From the NCBI GenBank assembly GCA_040752415.1, contig JBFMGU010000023.1, positions 349-64,348 on the forward strand: a stretch of DNA of 64,000 nucleotides, given 5' to 3'. Each line of letters starts with the position of its first letter. Positions within the stretch are counted from its first letter, which is position 1. The DNA is from Myxococcota bacterium. GTDB taxonomy: Bacteria > Myxococcota > JACRCW01. The position numbers were made by a program, and so were the translations under genes. This document shows positions 20,945 to 31,852 of this stretch, in pieces. The notes below the pieces were generated by a model. It did no database searches. It was not told where the DNA came from and saw nothing but the letters and a program-made list of their open reading frames with translations.

Positions 20945-21490
20945 TCAGATGGCGTAGTTGACGTTGGTGGTGAGCTGGAAGCGGAAGGTCTGAAGGCCCT
21001 TCTGCGGGACGTTCTCGGTGTACTTGAGCTGCACGTTGGTGAAGTGCGGGCTCTTCTCCAGGGCCTTCAGGAACTCGCTGACGTCGGCCATCTCCAGCCC
21101 GAAGCCCTGGATGGTGGCCACCCCGCCGTTCTCCTGGAAGCTCTCAATCCAGACGCGCTTGGGGATGCCGGTGGCGAGCGCGTCCAGCACCTTCACCGGA
21201 CCGCTCTTGCCCTTCTCCAGCTCCTCGATGACCTTCAGCTGGGCCAGGAGCTTCTGCTTCTGGGCCTCATACTGGTTCACCTCACCAATGATCTTCTCCA
21301 GGCGGGCGACCTCGGCCTCCTGGCGCTGGATTTCCTCCTGCAGCGCGTCGATGTCGCCGTCGACCTTGAAGTTGTAGCCAACCATGATGAACAGCGCGAG
21401 CGCCAGCGTCATCCCCATGAGGATGACCTGCTGCAGGCCGGTTTCCCGCTTGCGCGCCTGTTTGACCGGCAGAAGGTTGATGCGAATCAT
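20945..21490 (-). CDS. pilN: Type IV pilus assembly protein PilN
   Basis: MIRINLLPVKQARKRE... is the PilN signature N-terminus, followed by a TM segment and coiled coil. Confidence 0.9.
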   Translation of the reverse strand: MIRINLLPVKQARKRETGLQQVILMGMTLALALFIMVGYNFKVDGDIDALQEEIQRQEAEVARLEKIIGEVNQYEAQKQKLLAQLKVIEELEKGKSGPVKVLDALATGIPKRVWIESFQENGGVATIQGFGLEMADVSEFLKALEKSPHFTNVQLKYTENVPQKGLQTFRFQLTTNVNYAI

Positions 21491-21511
21491 CGTCGTGACT
21501 CCTTCCGACCG

Positions 21512-22573
21512 TCAGCGGTCATTGCCCTTGCGCAGCGCCAACCCCACGCTCACCGCGGCCATGGGTCCGATGTTCTTGAGGAACGCAGGGTCGAACCCGC
21601 CGCGACCCGAGACGTCGATGTTCTTGAACGGGTCCATCACCTCGATGGGGATGCCCACCTTGGCTTCCAGCGTCTTGCTCAGCGCGGGGACCTTGGCGGT
21701 GCCGCCGCTGAGGTAGATGCGGTTGATCTGGGTGTCCGCGCTGGTGGCGGCAAAGAAGTCCAGGGAGCGCTGGATTTCATTGGCCAGCGTCTCACTGACC
21801 TGCTGCATCACGCGCTCCACTTCCTGCGGCACCACGCTGTCCGCCTCCGCGCCGCCGCCACCGACCTTGAGCGCTTCCGCCTCGTCGTAGGAGACGTTGA
21901 GCTGCTTCTGGATCTCGTCGGTGTAGGCGTTGCCGCCCATGGAGATGTCACGCGTGAAGGCGCTCACGCCGTTGCTGATGACGTTGATGTTGATGACGGA
22001 GGCGCCCACGTTGACCAGCACCACCGTCTCACCGGCGGGGATGCCGTAGTTGAGCTCGAACTGGTTCTGGATGGCAAAGGCGTCCACGTCCACCACCACC
22101 GGCGTCAGCCCCGCCTCCATGACCACCGAGGTGTAGTCGTTGATCATGTCCTTCTTGGCAGCCACCAGCAGCACGTCCATCTGGCCCTGGCCGTTGTCGC
22201 GGTTGAGCGTGTAGTGGTCGATGTTGACGTCGTTGATGTCGAAGGGGATGTACTGCTCCGCCTCCCACTTCAAGGATTCCTCCAGCTCCTCCTCCGTCAT
22301 CTGCGGCAGGTTGATCTTCTTGAGGATCACGGAGTGACCGGAGACGGAGAGCGCCACTTCCTTGTTCTTGATCTTCTGGCTCTGCAGCAGCTCCCGGATG
22401 GCGTCGACGATGGCGGTGCTGTTCATGAGCGCCCCGTCGACGATGGCCTCCGGTGGCAGCGGAATCATGCCGAAGCTCTGGAGGGCCACGCCCTTCTTGC
22501 CCTCCTTGACCACGCACACCTTGATGGACGAGGAGCCGATGTCCAGCCCCACCGCGTTCTTGCCCTTTGCCAT
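21512..22573 (-). CDS. pilM: Type IV pilus assembly ATPase-fold protein PilM
   Basis: MAKGKNAVGLDIGSSSIKVCVV... with an actin-like fold, 353 aa. Confidence 0.95.
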   Translation of the reverse strand: MAKGKNAVGLDIGSSSIKVCVVKEGKKGVALQSFGMIPLPPEAIVDGALMNSTAIVDAIRELLQSQKIKNKEVALSVSGHSVILKKINLPQMTEEELEESLKWEAEQYIPFDINDVNIDHYTLNRDNGQGQMDVLLVAAKKDMINDYTSVVMEAGLTPVVVDVDAFAIQNQFELNYGIPAGETVVLVNVGASVININVISNGVSAFTRDISMGGNAYTDEIQKQLNVSYDEAEALKVGGGGAEADSVVPQEVERVMQQVSETLANEIQRSLDFFAATSADTQINRIYLSGGTAKVPALSKTLEAKVGIPIEVMDPFKNIDVSGRGGFDPAFLKNIGPMAAVSVGLALRKGNDR

Positions 22574-22576
22574 GGC

Positions 22577-22846
22577 CTAGCCCTCCTGGCCTTCCGCGTC
22601 GGGGTCGGCTGACTCCGTCGCCTCGTCGTCGTTGGTGGACGGACCGAAAACGCGGTCCTTCTCTTCAATGGTCATGCCAAGCGCCAGGATGATCTTGCGC
22701 TTGGTGTCCATGCGGCAGCTCTTGCCCGCCTCCACGCGGTCCACGGTGAGCGCGGAGAGTCCGGCCTTGCGGGCCAGCTCCGCCTTGCTCATCAGCCGCG
22801 CCTCCCTCAGCGTCCGCACATTGTTGTTTTTGCGCTGCTCAGCCAT
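22577..22846 (-). CDS. XRE-family helix-turn-helix DNA-binding protein, co-transcribed with pilMNOPQ
   Basis: Start at MAEQRKNNNVRTLREARLMSKAELARKAGLSALTVDRVEAG (ATG 22846), a classic HTH_XRE. The stop lies 3 bp before the pilM start. Confidence 0.7.
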   Translation of the reverse strand: MAEQRKNNNVRTLREARLMSKAELARKAGLSALTVDRVEAGKSCRMDTKRKIILALGMTIEEKDRVFGPSTNDDEATESADPDAEGQEG

Positions 22847-23293
22847 GCACGCTCCAGATGCCCCCGCCGCGGCCCACGCGCTCCCATCCGCAGGAGCGTA
22901 GGTCCCGCCCAAGCTGCATGTCAAGATTAGGTGAGGCGATTTGATGCATCATTGAAGCAAAGTGATAGGCAATTGATGGGTGTTTGATGTGTTGACAACT
23001 CCAAACGGCGGCGGATGGTGGTGCGGGGTTCCTCCTGGTGCCTGACGGGGGGACCCTGGACCCTTGCGGAATGCTAGGGGCGGAAGGCACGGCGTCGGAA
23101 ATTTTTGGCCGTGCGCCGCGGAGAAATCCCCACCGCCGAGGAGGGCGCGGGGCGGGTGGTGACGTCGTGGGGAGGCGGCGGGGCGCGCTCTGGTGCGGGC
23201 GGTGGCGCCCTCCCCCGGGCCCACACAAAGGGCTTGCCTGGCGGGCGGCTGGGTGGGGTATCCCGCTGAGGGACCTCCCGCCAGGAGCAACGC
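22847..23293. promoter_or_regulatory. Divergent intergenic control region (pil operon vs purine nucleoside phosphorylase) with an AT-rich island
   Basis: 22921-23000 is AT-rich in a ~70% GC context. It holds a perfect 10-bp palindrome TGATGCATCA (22942-22951) and three TTGATG motifs (22941, 22973, 22984). A TTGACA hexamer sits at 22992-22997. Confidence 0.5.
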
Positions 23294-24118
23294 ATGCCGC
23301 TGGGCTACGACCAGATCCAATCCGCGCGCGCCTTCATCAAGGACCGACTGGGCCCGGCGTCACCCGAGGTGGGGCTGGTGCTGGGCAGCGGTCTGGGCGC
23401 CTTTGCCGACGCGCTCAGCGACCTGGCCATCCCCTACGGCTCCATCCCGCACTTCCCGGTCTCGTCGGTGGAGGGGCACAAGGGACGTCTGGTGGCGGGC
23501 AAGGTGCGGGGGCGACCGGTGGTGGTGATGCAGGGCCGCGTGCACGGCTACGAGGGCTATGACCCCGCCGACGTGGTGTTCCCGGTGCGTGTGCTCTGCG
23601 CATTGGGCGTGAAGGTCATGGTGCTCACCAACGCCGCGGGCGGCATCAACCCGGCCTTCAAGCCGGCGGACCTCATGCTGCTCACCGACCACCTGAACCT
23701 CACCGGCAAGAGCCCGCTCACCGGCCCCAACGACAGCCGCCTGGGCACCCGCTTCCCGGACATGAGCGCCATCTACCCGCGCGCCCTGCAGGAGAAGGCG
23801 CACGCCGCCGCCAAGGGGTTGGGCTTCTCGCTGCAACAGGGCGTCTACGCCGGCCTCAACGGACCGCAGTACGAGACGCCGGCGGAGATCCGGATGTGTC
23901 GCGCGCTGGGTGCCGACGCGGTGGGCATGAGCACCGTGCACGAGGCGATTGCGTGCGTGCACATGGGCGTGCCGGTGCTGGGCATCTCCTGCATCACCAA
24001 CCTGGCCGCCGGCATCAGCGCCACGCCGCTCTCCCACGACGAGGTGAAGGACACCGCCAAGCAGGTGGAGACGCGCCTGGCCTCGCTGCTCACCGAGCTG
24101 TGCACCGCGCTGCCGTGA
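23294..24118 (+). CDS. Purine nucleoside phosphorylase (trimeric PNP/MTAP family)
   Basis: MPLGYDQIQSARAFIKDRLG...VLGSGLG...MSTVHEAIA...TNLAAG, the PNP family I signature. Confidence 0.9.
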   Translation: MPLGYDQIQSARAFIKDRLGPASPEVGLVLGSGLGAFADALSDLAIPYGSIPHFPVSSVEGHKGRLVAGKVRGRPVVVMQGRVHGYEGYDPADVVFPVRVLCALGVKVMVLTNAAGGINPAFKPADLMLLTDHLNLTGKSPLTGPNDSRLGTRFPDMSAIYPRALQEKAHAAAKGLGFSLQQGVYAGLNGPQYETPAEIRMCRALGADAVGMSTVHEAIACVHMGVPVLGISCITNLAAGISATPLSHDEVKDTAKQVETRLASLLTELCTALP

Positions 24119-24630
24119 AGGTGGAACCAGGTCCCCCCTCGTCGGAAGCGGTGCGCGCCACGACGGTGGAAGCGTGGATTGCCGCCATTGCCACCGGGTG
24201 GGCGCTGCCCGGCTCGTGGGAGGGCTGGGCGGTGGGTGAGTTGGAGCGCCTGAGCGCGCCGCCGGTGTGGCTCGTCGACCTGGCGTGCACCACGCGCGCG
24301 GAGGATGCGCTGTGGGCGTTGCACCAGGGGCGGGGCCGGAACGCGCCGACGAGCGCACGCGACGACGGCATCCGCCTGCACCTGGGCATGCGCTACCTGG
24401 CCTTCCTGGACGGGAAGGTGGAGCTCGGTGAGCTGCTGCGGGAGCTGGGCGAGCACACCGACCGCCACAACGTCGACGATCCGAGCTGCGAGGCCTTTGG
24501 GGGCCTGCTGACGCGGCTCGACGGTGGCGCGGAGGAGAAGGAGATTCGCAGTGAGCTGGCGGTGTTGTTGGGAGGCCAGCGGGAGGAGGCGGCGCGGGCG
24601 CTCTCGGAGTTGGCACTGCGCCTGGAGTGA
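24115..24630 (+). CDS. Hypothetical protein
   Basis: GTG at 24115 overlaps the PNP stop (GTGA). It is the C-terminal portion of track ORF 23896..24630. Coding-like GC3. Confidence 0.45.
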   Translation: MKVEPGPPSSEAVRATTVEAWIAAIATGWALPGSWEGWAVGELERLSAPPVWLVDLACTTRAEDALWALHQGRGRNAPTSARDDGIRLHLGMRYLAFLDGKVELGELLRELGEHTDRHNVDDPSCEAFGGLLTRLDGGAEEKEIRSELAVLLGGQREEAARALSELALRLE

Positions 24631-24644
24631 CGTCGGGGACGTGC

Positions 24645-24965
24645 TCAGTCCCGCAGCTTCTCCTCCAGCCGGCGGATGCGCTCCTCATGGTCGCGCACGG
24701 TGCTGCCCAGGGGCCCCACGAGGACGTGGTCGACGCGGTCCGAGAGGCGGTTGACCTCCTTCACCAGCATGCCGGTGAGCTGCAGCGACTCCCGCGCCAC
24801 GCCGGTCAGCTCGGCGAGCTGGGTGCTCATGCGAATCTGGTGCTGCGCCAGCTGGTCAACGCGCTGGTTGGTCTGGTCCAGGCGCTCATTGGTCTGGTCC
24901 AGGCGCTGGTTGGTCCCGCGCAGCGCGTCGCGGATTTCCTTGAGGATTTCCGTGTTGAGGTCCAT
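24645..24965 (-). CDS. Small coiled-coil protein with heptad repeats
   Basis: Start MDLNTEILKEIRD (ATG 24965). It contains RLDQTNERLDQTNQRVDQLAQ, encoded by three 21-bp tandem DNA units (24861-24923). Confidence 0.5.
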   Translation of the reverse strand: MDLNTEILKEIRDALRGTNQRLDQTNERLDQTNQRVDQLAQHQIRMSTQLAELTGVARESLQLTGMLVKEVNRLSDRVDHVLVGPLGSTVRDHEERIRRLEEKLRD

Positions 24966-25156
24966 GCAACGGACGGTAGCCAGCGGGGTGCCACACCGCA
25001 ACGTTGGCGACGACGCGAAGGGAGCGAACCGCGGCGCAGTCCGGGGTGGCATGGGCGCGAACACGGACACGCCGGAACGCATCGGGGAACCGGCGCGTGC
25101 ACCGCACCGGCTACGCCGATACGGCACCAACGACCGCGCTGGACCCGAGCGATTGA

Positions 25157-26251
<1,095 letters not shown>

Positions 26252-26355
26252 GCCGGCCTCACCGCGGCTCCACGGGGGGATGGATGGGACACGCTGCCCA
26301 TGCCATCCCCTCGCTGCATCTCCCCCTCCCCTCTCCTCACAAGGGTTAACGCATC

Positions 26356-27546
26356 ATGACCATTCGCTACGTGGATGACTCCGGCGTGCAGCTGGAAGGC
26401 AAGCGCGTCTTCTGTCGTGTGGACTTCAACGTGCCCATGGAGGGCCGCACCATCACCGACGACGAGCGCATCACCGCCGCCATTCCCACCATCAACATGC
26501 TGCGGGAAAAGGGCGCGCGCATCCTCCTGGCCAGCCACCTGGGAAGGCCCAAGAAGCGTGAGCCGGGCAGCAGCCTGGAACCGGTGGGCGCGCGCCTGGC
26601 CGAGCTGCTGAAGACGGAAGTCAACTTCATTGATGACTGCATTGGCGACGGGGTGCGCAAGCTGGCGGGGCAACTCAAGAACGGACAGGTGCTGTTGCTG
26701 GAGAACCTCCGCTTCCACCCCGAGGAGGAGAAGGACGACGACAACTTTGCCAAGGCGCTGGCCCAGAACGCCGACGTCTACGTCAATGACGCCTTTGGCG
26801 CCGCGCACCGCGCGCACGCGTCCGTCCACGCCATCACGCACCACCTCACCGACCGCTATGCCGGCCTGCTCATGCGCAAGGAGGTGGAGAGCCTCTCCCG
26901 CGTGACCACCAACCCGCAGAAGCCGTTCGTGGCCGTCCTGGGCGGTGCCAAGGTCAGTGACAAGATTGCCGTCATCAACCAGCTGATGAACAAGGTCGAC
27001 AAGCTGATGATCGGCGGAGCCATGGCCTACACGTTCCTCAAGGCGGCGGGCCTGGAGGTGGGCGCTTCCCGCGTGGAGGAGGACCGGCTCAAGCTGGCCG
27101 AGCAGATCCTCAAGAACGCCAAGGAGAAGCACATCGAGCTGCTGCTGCCCACCGATCACGTGGTGGCGGAGAAGTTCGACGAGAACGCGCCGCCCACGAC
27201 GGTGGAGGGCAACATCCCCGCCGGCCAGATGGGCCTGGACATTGGGCCCAAGACCCGCGCGCGGTACGCCGAGGCGCTCAAGGGCGCGAGGACGGTGTTC
27301 TGGAACGGACCGCAGGGCGTGTTCGAGTGGAAGAACTACGCCGAAGGGACCCTGGCCGTGGCGCGTGCGGTGGCGGATGCCACGGGCGCGGGCGCGTTCA
27401 CCGTCGTCGGCGGAGGCGACAGCGTCTCGGCGGCCAAGACCGCGGGCGTGGAGAAGAAGATCAGCCACATCAGCACCGGCGGCGGCGCCTCGCTCGAGCT
27501 CATCGAGGGCAAGGAGCTGCCGGGTATCAAGGCGCTGGACCGCTGA
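26356..27546 (+). CDS. pgk: Phosphoglycerate kinase
   Basis: MTIRYVDDSGVQLEGKRVFCRVDFNVPMEG...ASHLGRP..., 396 aa. Confidence 0.95.
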   Translation: MTIRYVDDSGVQLEGKRVFCRVDFNVPMEGRTITDDERITAAIPTINMLREKGARILLASHLGRPKKREPGSSLEPVGARLAELLKTEVNFIDDCIGDGVRKLAGQLKNGQVLLLENLRFHPEEEKDDDNFAKALAQNADVYVNDAFGAAHRAHASVHAITHHLTDRYAGLLMRKEVESLSRVTTNPQKPFVAVLGGAKVSDKIAVINQLMNKVDKLMIGGAMAYTFLKAAGLEVGASRVEEDRLKLAEQILKNAKEKHIELLLPTDHVVAEKFDENAPPTTVEGNIPAGQMGLDIGPKTRARYAEALKGARTVFWNGPQGVFEWKNYAEGTLAVARAVADATGAGAFTVVGGGDSVSAAKTAGVEKKISHISTGGGASLELIEGKELPGIKALDR

Positions 27547-27612
27547 GGTTGGAACAACGGGGCCCGTCGCCACCGCGCGCGGCGCGGCCCCTTTCCACGA
27601 CGAGGAAGCACC

Positions 27613-28380
27613 ATGGCCACTCGCAAGCCTTTTGTCTGCGGCAACTGGAAGATGCACAAGAACCTCTCCGAGACCCGCGCCCTCTGCGCCGAGCTGCGTG
27701 GCGCGCTGAACGGTGTCTCCGGCGTGGAGGTGGCCGTGGCGCCGGTGTTCGTGGGCGTCACCGCGGCGGTGGAGGCGCTCAAGGGCACCAGCGTGGGCGT
27801 CAGCGCGCAGGACTGCCACCACGAGACGCAGGGCGCCTTCACCGGCGAGGTGAGCGCGAGCCAGCTGTTCGACGCGGGCTGCCGCTACGTGATCCTGGGG
27901 CACAGCGAGCGTCGGGCAATGTTTGGCGAGAGCGATGCCGGCGTGAGCAAGAAGGCCGCCGCGGCGCTGGCCGTGGGGCTGAACCCCATTGTCTGCGTCG
28001 GTGAGACGCTGGCCGAGCGCGAAGCGGGCAGGACGCTGGACGTGGTCACCACCCAGGTGCGTGGCAGCCTGGCCGACGTGGACCCCATGCTCGCCCCGCG
28101 CGTCACCGTGGCGTACGAGCCGGTGTGGGCCATTGGGACTGGTCGCAATGCCACCGCGGCGCAAGCCCAGGAAGTGCACGCGCACATCCGCAAGCTGCTG
28201 CGCGAGAAGTACCAGGGCGCCGCCGACCAGATGCGCATCCAGTACGGCGGCTCCGTGAAGCCGGACAACGCCGCGGAGCTCATGGCGGAGCAGGATGTGG
28301 ACGGGGCGCTCGTCGGTGGCGCCTCGCTGAAGGCGGACAGCTTCGTGGCCATTGTGAAGGCCGCCGCCGCACGACGCTGA
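27613..28380 (+). CDS. tpiA: Triosephosphate isomerase
   Basis: MATRKPFVCGNWKMHKN...ILGHSERR...VAYEPVWAIGTG..., 255 aa. Confidence 0.95.
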   Translation: MATRKPFVCGNWKMHKNLSETRALCAELRGALNGVSGVEVAVAPVFVGVTAAVEALKGTSVGVSAQDCHHETQGAFTGEVSASQLFDAGCRYVILGHSERRAMFGESDAGVSKKAAAALAVGLNPIVCVGETLAEREAGRTLDVVTTQVRGSLADVDPMLAPRVTVAYEPVWAIGTGRNATAAQAQEVHAHIRKLLREKYQGAADQMRIQYGGSVKPDNAAELMAEQDVDGALVGGASLKADSFVAIVKAAAARR

Positions 28381-28483
28381 CAGCGCTGCGACCGCTGACG
28401 CTGGACCTCACGCTGGGCAAGACCACGGTGGAAGGGCGCGGAAACGTCCGCTAAGGCTAGGGTCCGTTGTCGCCAGCCGAGGG

Positions 28484-30187
28484 GTGCACGTGTTCGGTCA
28501 ACCGCCCGCCTTCCCGCCCGCACGCGCGCCCAGCTACGACTACGACTTCGTCGTCGTGGGGTCCGGTTTTGGGGGCAGCGTCTCCGCGCTGAGGTTGAGT
28601 GAGAAGGGGTACAAGGTCCTCGTCGTCGAGATTGGCAAGCGCTGGCGCCGCGAGGACTTCCCGCGCACCAACATGAACGTGCGCAAGAGCCTCTGGATCC
28701 CCAAGCTCCTCTGCTACGGCATCCAGCGCCTCTCCCTGCTGCGCGACGTGCTCATCCTCAGCGGCGCCGGCGTGGGCGGAGGAAGCCTGGTCTACGCCAA
28801 CACGCTCCTCGTCCCGCCCGACGTGGCGTTCGAGCGCGGAGGCTGGCCACGCGACATCCCGTGGAAGGACACGCTGGCGCCGCACTACCAGACCGCCAAG
28901 CGCATGCTCGGTGTCACCGCGAATCCGCACCTGTTCGAGGGAGACCTGGCGCTGCTCGACTATGCCAAGTCGCTGGGCAAGGAGGACACGTTCCACAAGA
29001 CCAACGTGGGCGTGCTGTTTGGCGACGGACCGGGACAGGACGTGGGAGACCCGTTCTTCGGCGGCGAGGGACCCGCGCGCACCACCTGCAACCTGTGCGG
29101 CGGGTGCATGGTGGGGTGCCGCTTCGGGGCGAAGAACACGCTGGACAAGAACTACCTGTTCTTCGCCGAGAAGCTGGGCGCGGAGATCCTGCCGGAGACG
29201 CGCGTGCGCCTGCTGGAGGAGCGCACCGACGGCGGATACGCCGTGCACGTGGAGAAGAGCACCAGCGTGCTGTTCAAGCAGCGTCGCGTCATCACCGCGC
29301 GACAGGTGGTGCTCAGCGCGGGCGTGCTTGGCACCGTGGACCTGCTCCTGCGCAGCCAGGAGAAGGGCGTCCTCAAGCGGCTCTCTCCGACGCTGGGACA
29401 GCAGGTGCGCACCAACAGCGAAGCCATCCTCGGCGCGAGCGCGCGCAAGACCGAGAAGGATTTCTCCCGCGGGATTGCCATTGCCAGCGGGTTCTATCCG
29501 GACCCGGATACGCACATCGAGATCGTCCGCTATTCGCGCGGGTCGGACGCGTTGGCGCCGTTGGCCACGCTTATCACCGACGGAGGCGGTGGCGTGCCGC
29601 GTCCCATCCGGTGGCTGGGGAACGTCGTGAAGCACCCGGTAGACTTCCTCCGGACGCTGGTGCCGTTCGGGTGGGCCAGGAAGACCGCGATCCTCCTCGT
29701 CATGCAGACCATCGACAGCTCCATGCGGCTGGTACGCAGGCGGCGGTGGTTGTGGCCGTTCAGCCGCTCGCTGACCAGCGAGGCGTCGCCGGGGCAGCCG
29801 CCGATTCCCACGTACATTCCGTCGGGGAATGAGGCCGCGCGGCAGGTGGCGCAGCGCATTGGCGGTTACGCGCAGAGCGCGATCAACGAGGTGCTGCTGG
29901 ATGTCCCCACGACGGCGCACATCCTCGGTGGCGCGTGCATGGGATCCTCGCCGCAGGATGGCGTGGTGGATGCGCAGAACCGCGTGTTCGGGCACCAGGG
30001 GCTCTACGTCATCGACGGGAGCGCCATTCCGGGGAACCTGGGCGTGAATCCCAGCCTCACCATCACGGCGATGGCGGAACACGCCATGAGCCATGTGCCG
30101 CTCAAGGACGGCGTCACCGAGCTGAAGGCGCTGCCGCCGCAGGCGCGCGCCGCGACCAGCGACGTGAAGAGCGCGGTGCAGGCGTAA
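28484..30187 (+). CDS. FAD-dependent GMC-family oxidoreductase (cholesterol-oxidase-like)
   Basis: DFVVVGSGFGGSVSALRL (Rossmann FAD motif)…LSGAGVGGGSLVYAN…GLYVIDGSAIPGNLGVNP, with GTG start. Confidence 0.8.
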   Translation: MHVFGQPPAFPPARAPSYDYDFVVVGSGFGGSVSALRLSEKGYKVLVVEIGKRWRREDFPRTNMNVRKSLWIPKLLCYGIQRLSLLRDVLILSGAGVGGGSLVYANTLLVPPDVAFERGGWPRDIPWKDTLAPHYQTAKRMLGVTANPHLFEGDLALLDYAKSLGKEDTFHKTNVGVLFGDGPGQDVGDPFFGGEGPARTTCNLCGGCMVGCRFGAKNTLDKNYLFFAEKLGAEILPETRVRLLEERTDGGYAVHVEKSTSVLFKQRRVITARQVVLSAGVLGTVDLLLRSQEKGVLKRLSPTLGQQVRTNSEAILGASARKTEKDFSRGIAIASGFYPDPDTHIEIVRYSRGSDALAPLATLITDGGGGVPRPIRWLGNVVKHPVDFLRTLVPFGWARKTAILLVMQTIDSSMRLVRRRRWLWPFSRSLTSEASPGQPPIPTYIPSGNEAARQVAQRIGGYAQSAINEVLLDVPTTAHILGGACMGSSPQDGVVDAQNRVFGHQGLYVIDGSAIPGNLGVNPSLTITAMAEHAMSHVPLKDGVTELKALPPQARAATSDVKSAVQA

Positions 30188-30331
30188 CTCGCTGAGACGA
30201 AGGAAAGCGGTGTTCTGACCGCGCTCCCAAAGCGCTGCGCGCGCGGCGACGTCGACGGAAAGGACGCGGAGCGGGGACGCTGGACGCATTGGACGGAGCA
30301 AGAGCGGTACTTCATACCGCAGTCCGAAAGT

Positions 30332-30365
30332 GCGGGCCCGAGCTTCCCGGTGTCCATGGGCCCGC
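30332..30365. terminator. Candidate bidirectional terminator hairpin between convergent GMC-oxidoreductase and glgA genes
   Basis: GCGGGCCC at 30332-30339 pairs with GGGCCCGC at 30358-30365, an 8-bp GC stem. The loop is long at 18 nt, so the call is tentative. Confidence 0.3.
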
Positions 30366-30388
30366 ACGTGGTGTTGTCGACGAGCAGT

Positions 30389-31852
30389 TCAGCCCTTGCG
30401 GTTCAGATAGTGCTGGTAGAGACCCAAGTACGCCTCCGCGGAACGCTGCCAGCTGAAATCCCGCGACATCCCGTTGTGGACCAACTTCGTCCACAGGTAC
30501 GGGTCCCGGTAGCAGCGCGCGGCCCAGCGCACCGTCTCGCGCAGCGCGTGTGGCGACGCCTCGTCAAAGCCGAAGCCGTTGGCCCATTCCGCGTTGTGTC
30601 CGTCAAAACCCACCACCGTGTCCTTCAATCCGCCCACCCGACGCACAATCGGCGGCGTGCCGTAGGCCAGGCTGTACATCTGGTTCAAACCACACGGCTC
30701 AAACCGGCTGGGCATCAGGAACGCATCCGCTCCCGCTTCAATCAGGTGCGCCAGCTCGTCGGAGAAGCCCACGAAGCCCCAGAAACGGCCGCGCGCCTGG
30801 TAGCTGAACTTGTGCACCTCCCCCTCGAGCGCGGGCTCGCCGGAGCCCAGGAACACCATGCGGATTCCGTCGGCCAGCAGGTCCCACAACACCGGGAAGA
30901 GCATGTCATAGCCCTTCTGCCGCGTGAGCCGACCCACCACGCCAATCACCAAGCCGCGGTCATCCCGGTCCATCCCCGCCATGGACAACAACGCGCGACG
31001 GTTCTTCAGTTTCCCCTCGGGATGACGCGCGTCGTAGTTGTACGGGATCTTCTTGTCCAACGTGGGATTCCACACGCGCGAGTCAATCCCGTTCAGGATG
31101 CCGTGCACGTCCGGCCCGCGATAACGAATCGCCCAGTCCAGGCCGAATCCGCCGTCGCTCGTCGAGATTTCATGCGCGAAGGTGGGGCTCACCGCGGTGA
31201 TGGCATCCGCCGCCATGAGCCCGCCCTTCATCAGGTTCAGCGCGCCGTCCCACTCCAGCCCCGGCCACACGCTCGCCGGCAAGCCCAGGCCGTGGAACAT
31301 GCCCGGGTCGTAGATGCCCTGGTAGGCCATGTTGTGCACGGTCAGCACGGTGACGGTGCGCTGGAACTGCCAGTCGCGGGGCTCGTCCCACTTCACCGCC
31401 ATGGGCGCCAACGCCATGTGCCAGTCATGCGCGTTCAGCACGTCCGGGATGAGGTTCTGCTGGCGCATGCACTCCATCACCGCGCGCACAAAGAACGCAT
31501 AGCGCTGCAGCCCGTCGTCGACACCGTAGAAGGAGCTGTAGATCTGCGCGCGGTCAAAGAACTGGTCCGCGGCGATCATGAACACCGGCACGGTGCTGTC
31601 CGGCAGGTGCGTCTTCAAGAGCGCAAACTCGTGACGACGGAAACCCAGGTCGATGTGCATGTTGCCCACGACCACTTCCGGCGGCGTGCCGCGGCGCTCC
31701 AGGTGCTGGCGGACCTGGCGGTAGTACGGCATCCACACGTGGACGTCGTGACCCAGGGCCTTCTGCGCCACCGGCAGCGCGCCCACCACGTCCCCGAGGC
31801 CACCGGTCTTGGCAAATGGACTGACTTCCGCCGCCAGGTGCGCGATTCTCAT
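30389..31852 (-). CDS. glgA: Glycogen synthase
   Basis: MRIAHLAAEVSPFAKTGGLGDVVGALP...NAHDWH..., 487 aa. Confidence 0.95.
   Translation of the reverse strand: MRIAHLAAEVSPFAKTGGLGDVVGALPVAQKALGHDVHVWMPYYRQVRQHLERRGTPPEVVVGNMHIDLGFRRHEFALLKTHLPDSTVPVFMIAADQFFDRAQIYSSFYGVDDGLQRYAFFVRAVMECMRQQNLIPDVLNAHDWHMALAPMAVKWDEPRDWQFQRTVTVLTVHNMAYQGIYDPGMFHGLGLPASVWPGLEWDGALNLMKGGLMAADAITAVSPTFAHEISTSDGGFGLDWAIRYRGPDVHGILNGIDSRVWNPTLDKKIPYNYDARHPEGKLKNRRALLSMAGMDRDDRGLVIGVVGRLTRQKGYDMLFPVLWDLLADGIRMVFLGSGEPALEGEVHKFSYQARGRFWGFVGFSDELAHLIEAGADAFLMPSRFEPCGLNQMYSLAYGTPPIVRRVGGLKDTVVGFDGHNAEWANGFGFDEASPHALRETVRWAARCYRDPYLWTKLVHNGMSRDFSWQRSAEAYLGLYQHYLNRKG

Noticed and set aside
17197-22612. Long + strand ORFs 17197..19575 (792 aa) and 20294..22612 (772 aa)
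   Set aside because: They are the antisense of pilQ and of pilO/pilN/pilM. They are His/Arg/Gly/Leu-rich with no domain-like pattern.
28381-28483. Search for secG or a tRNA in the spacer after tpiA
   Set aside because: There is no ORF with SecG-like hydrophobic helices and no cloverleaf-compatible sequence.
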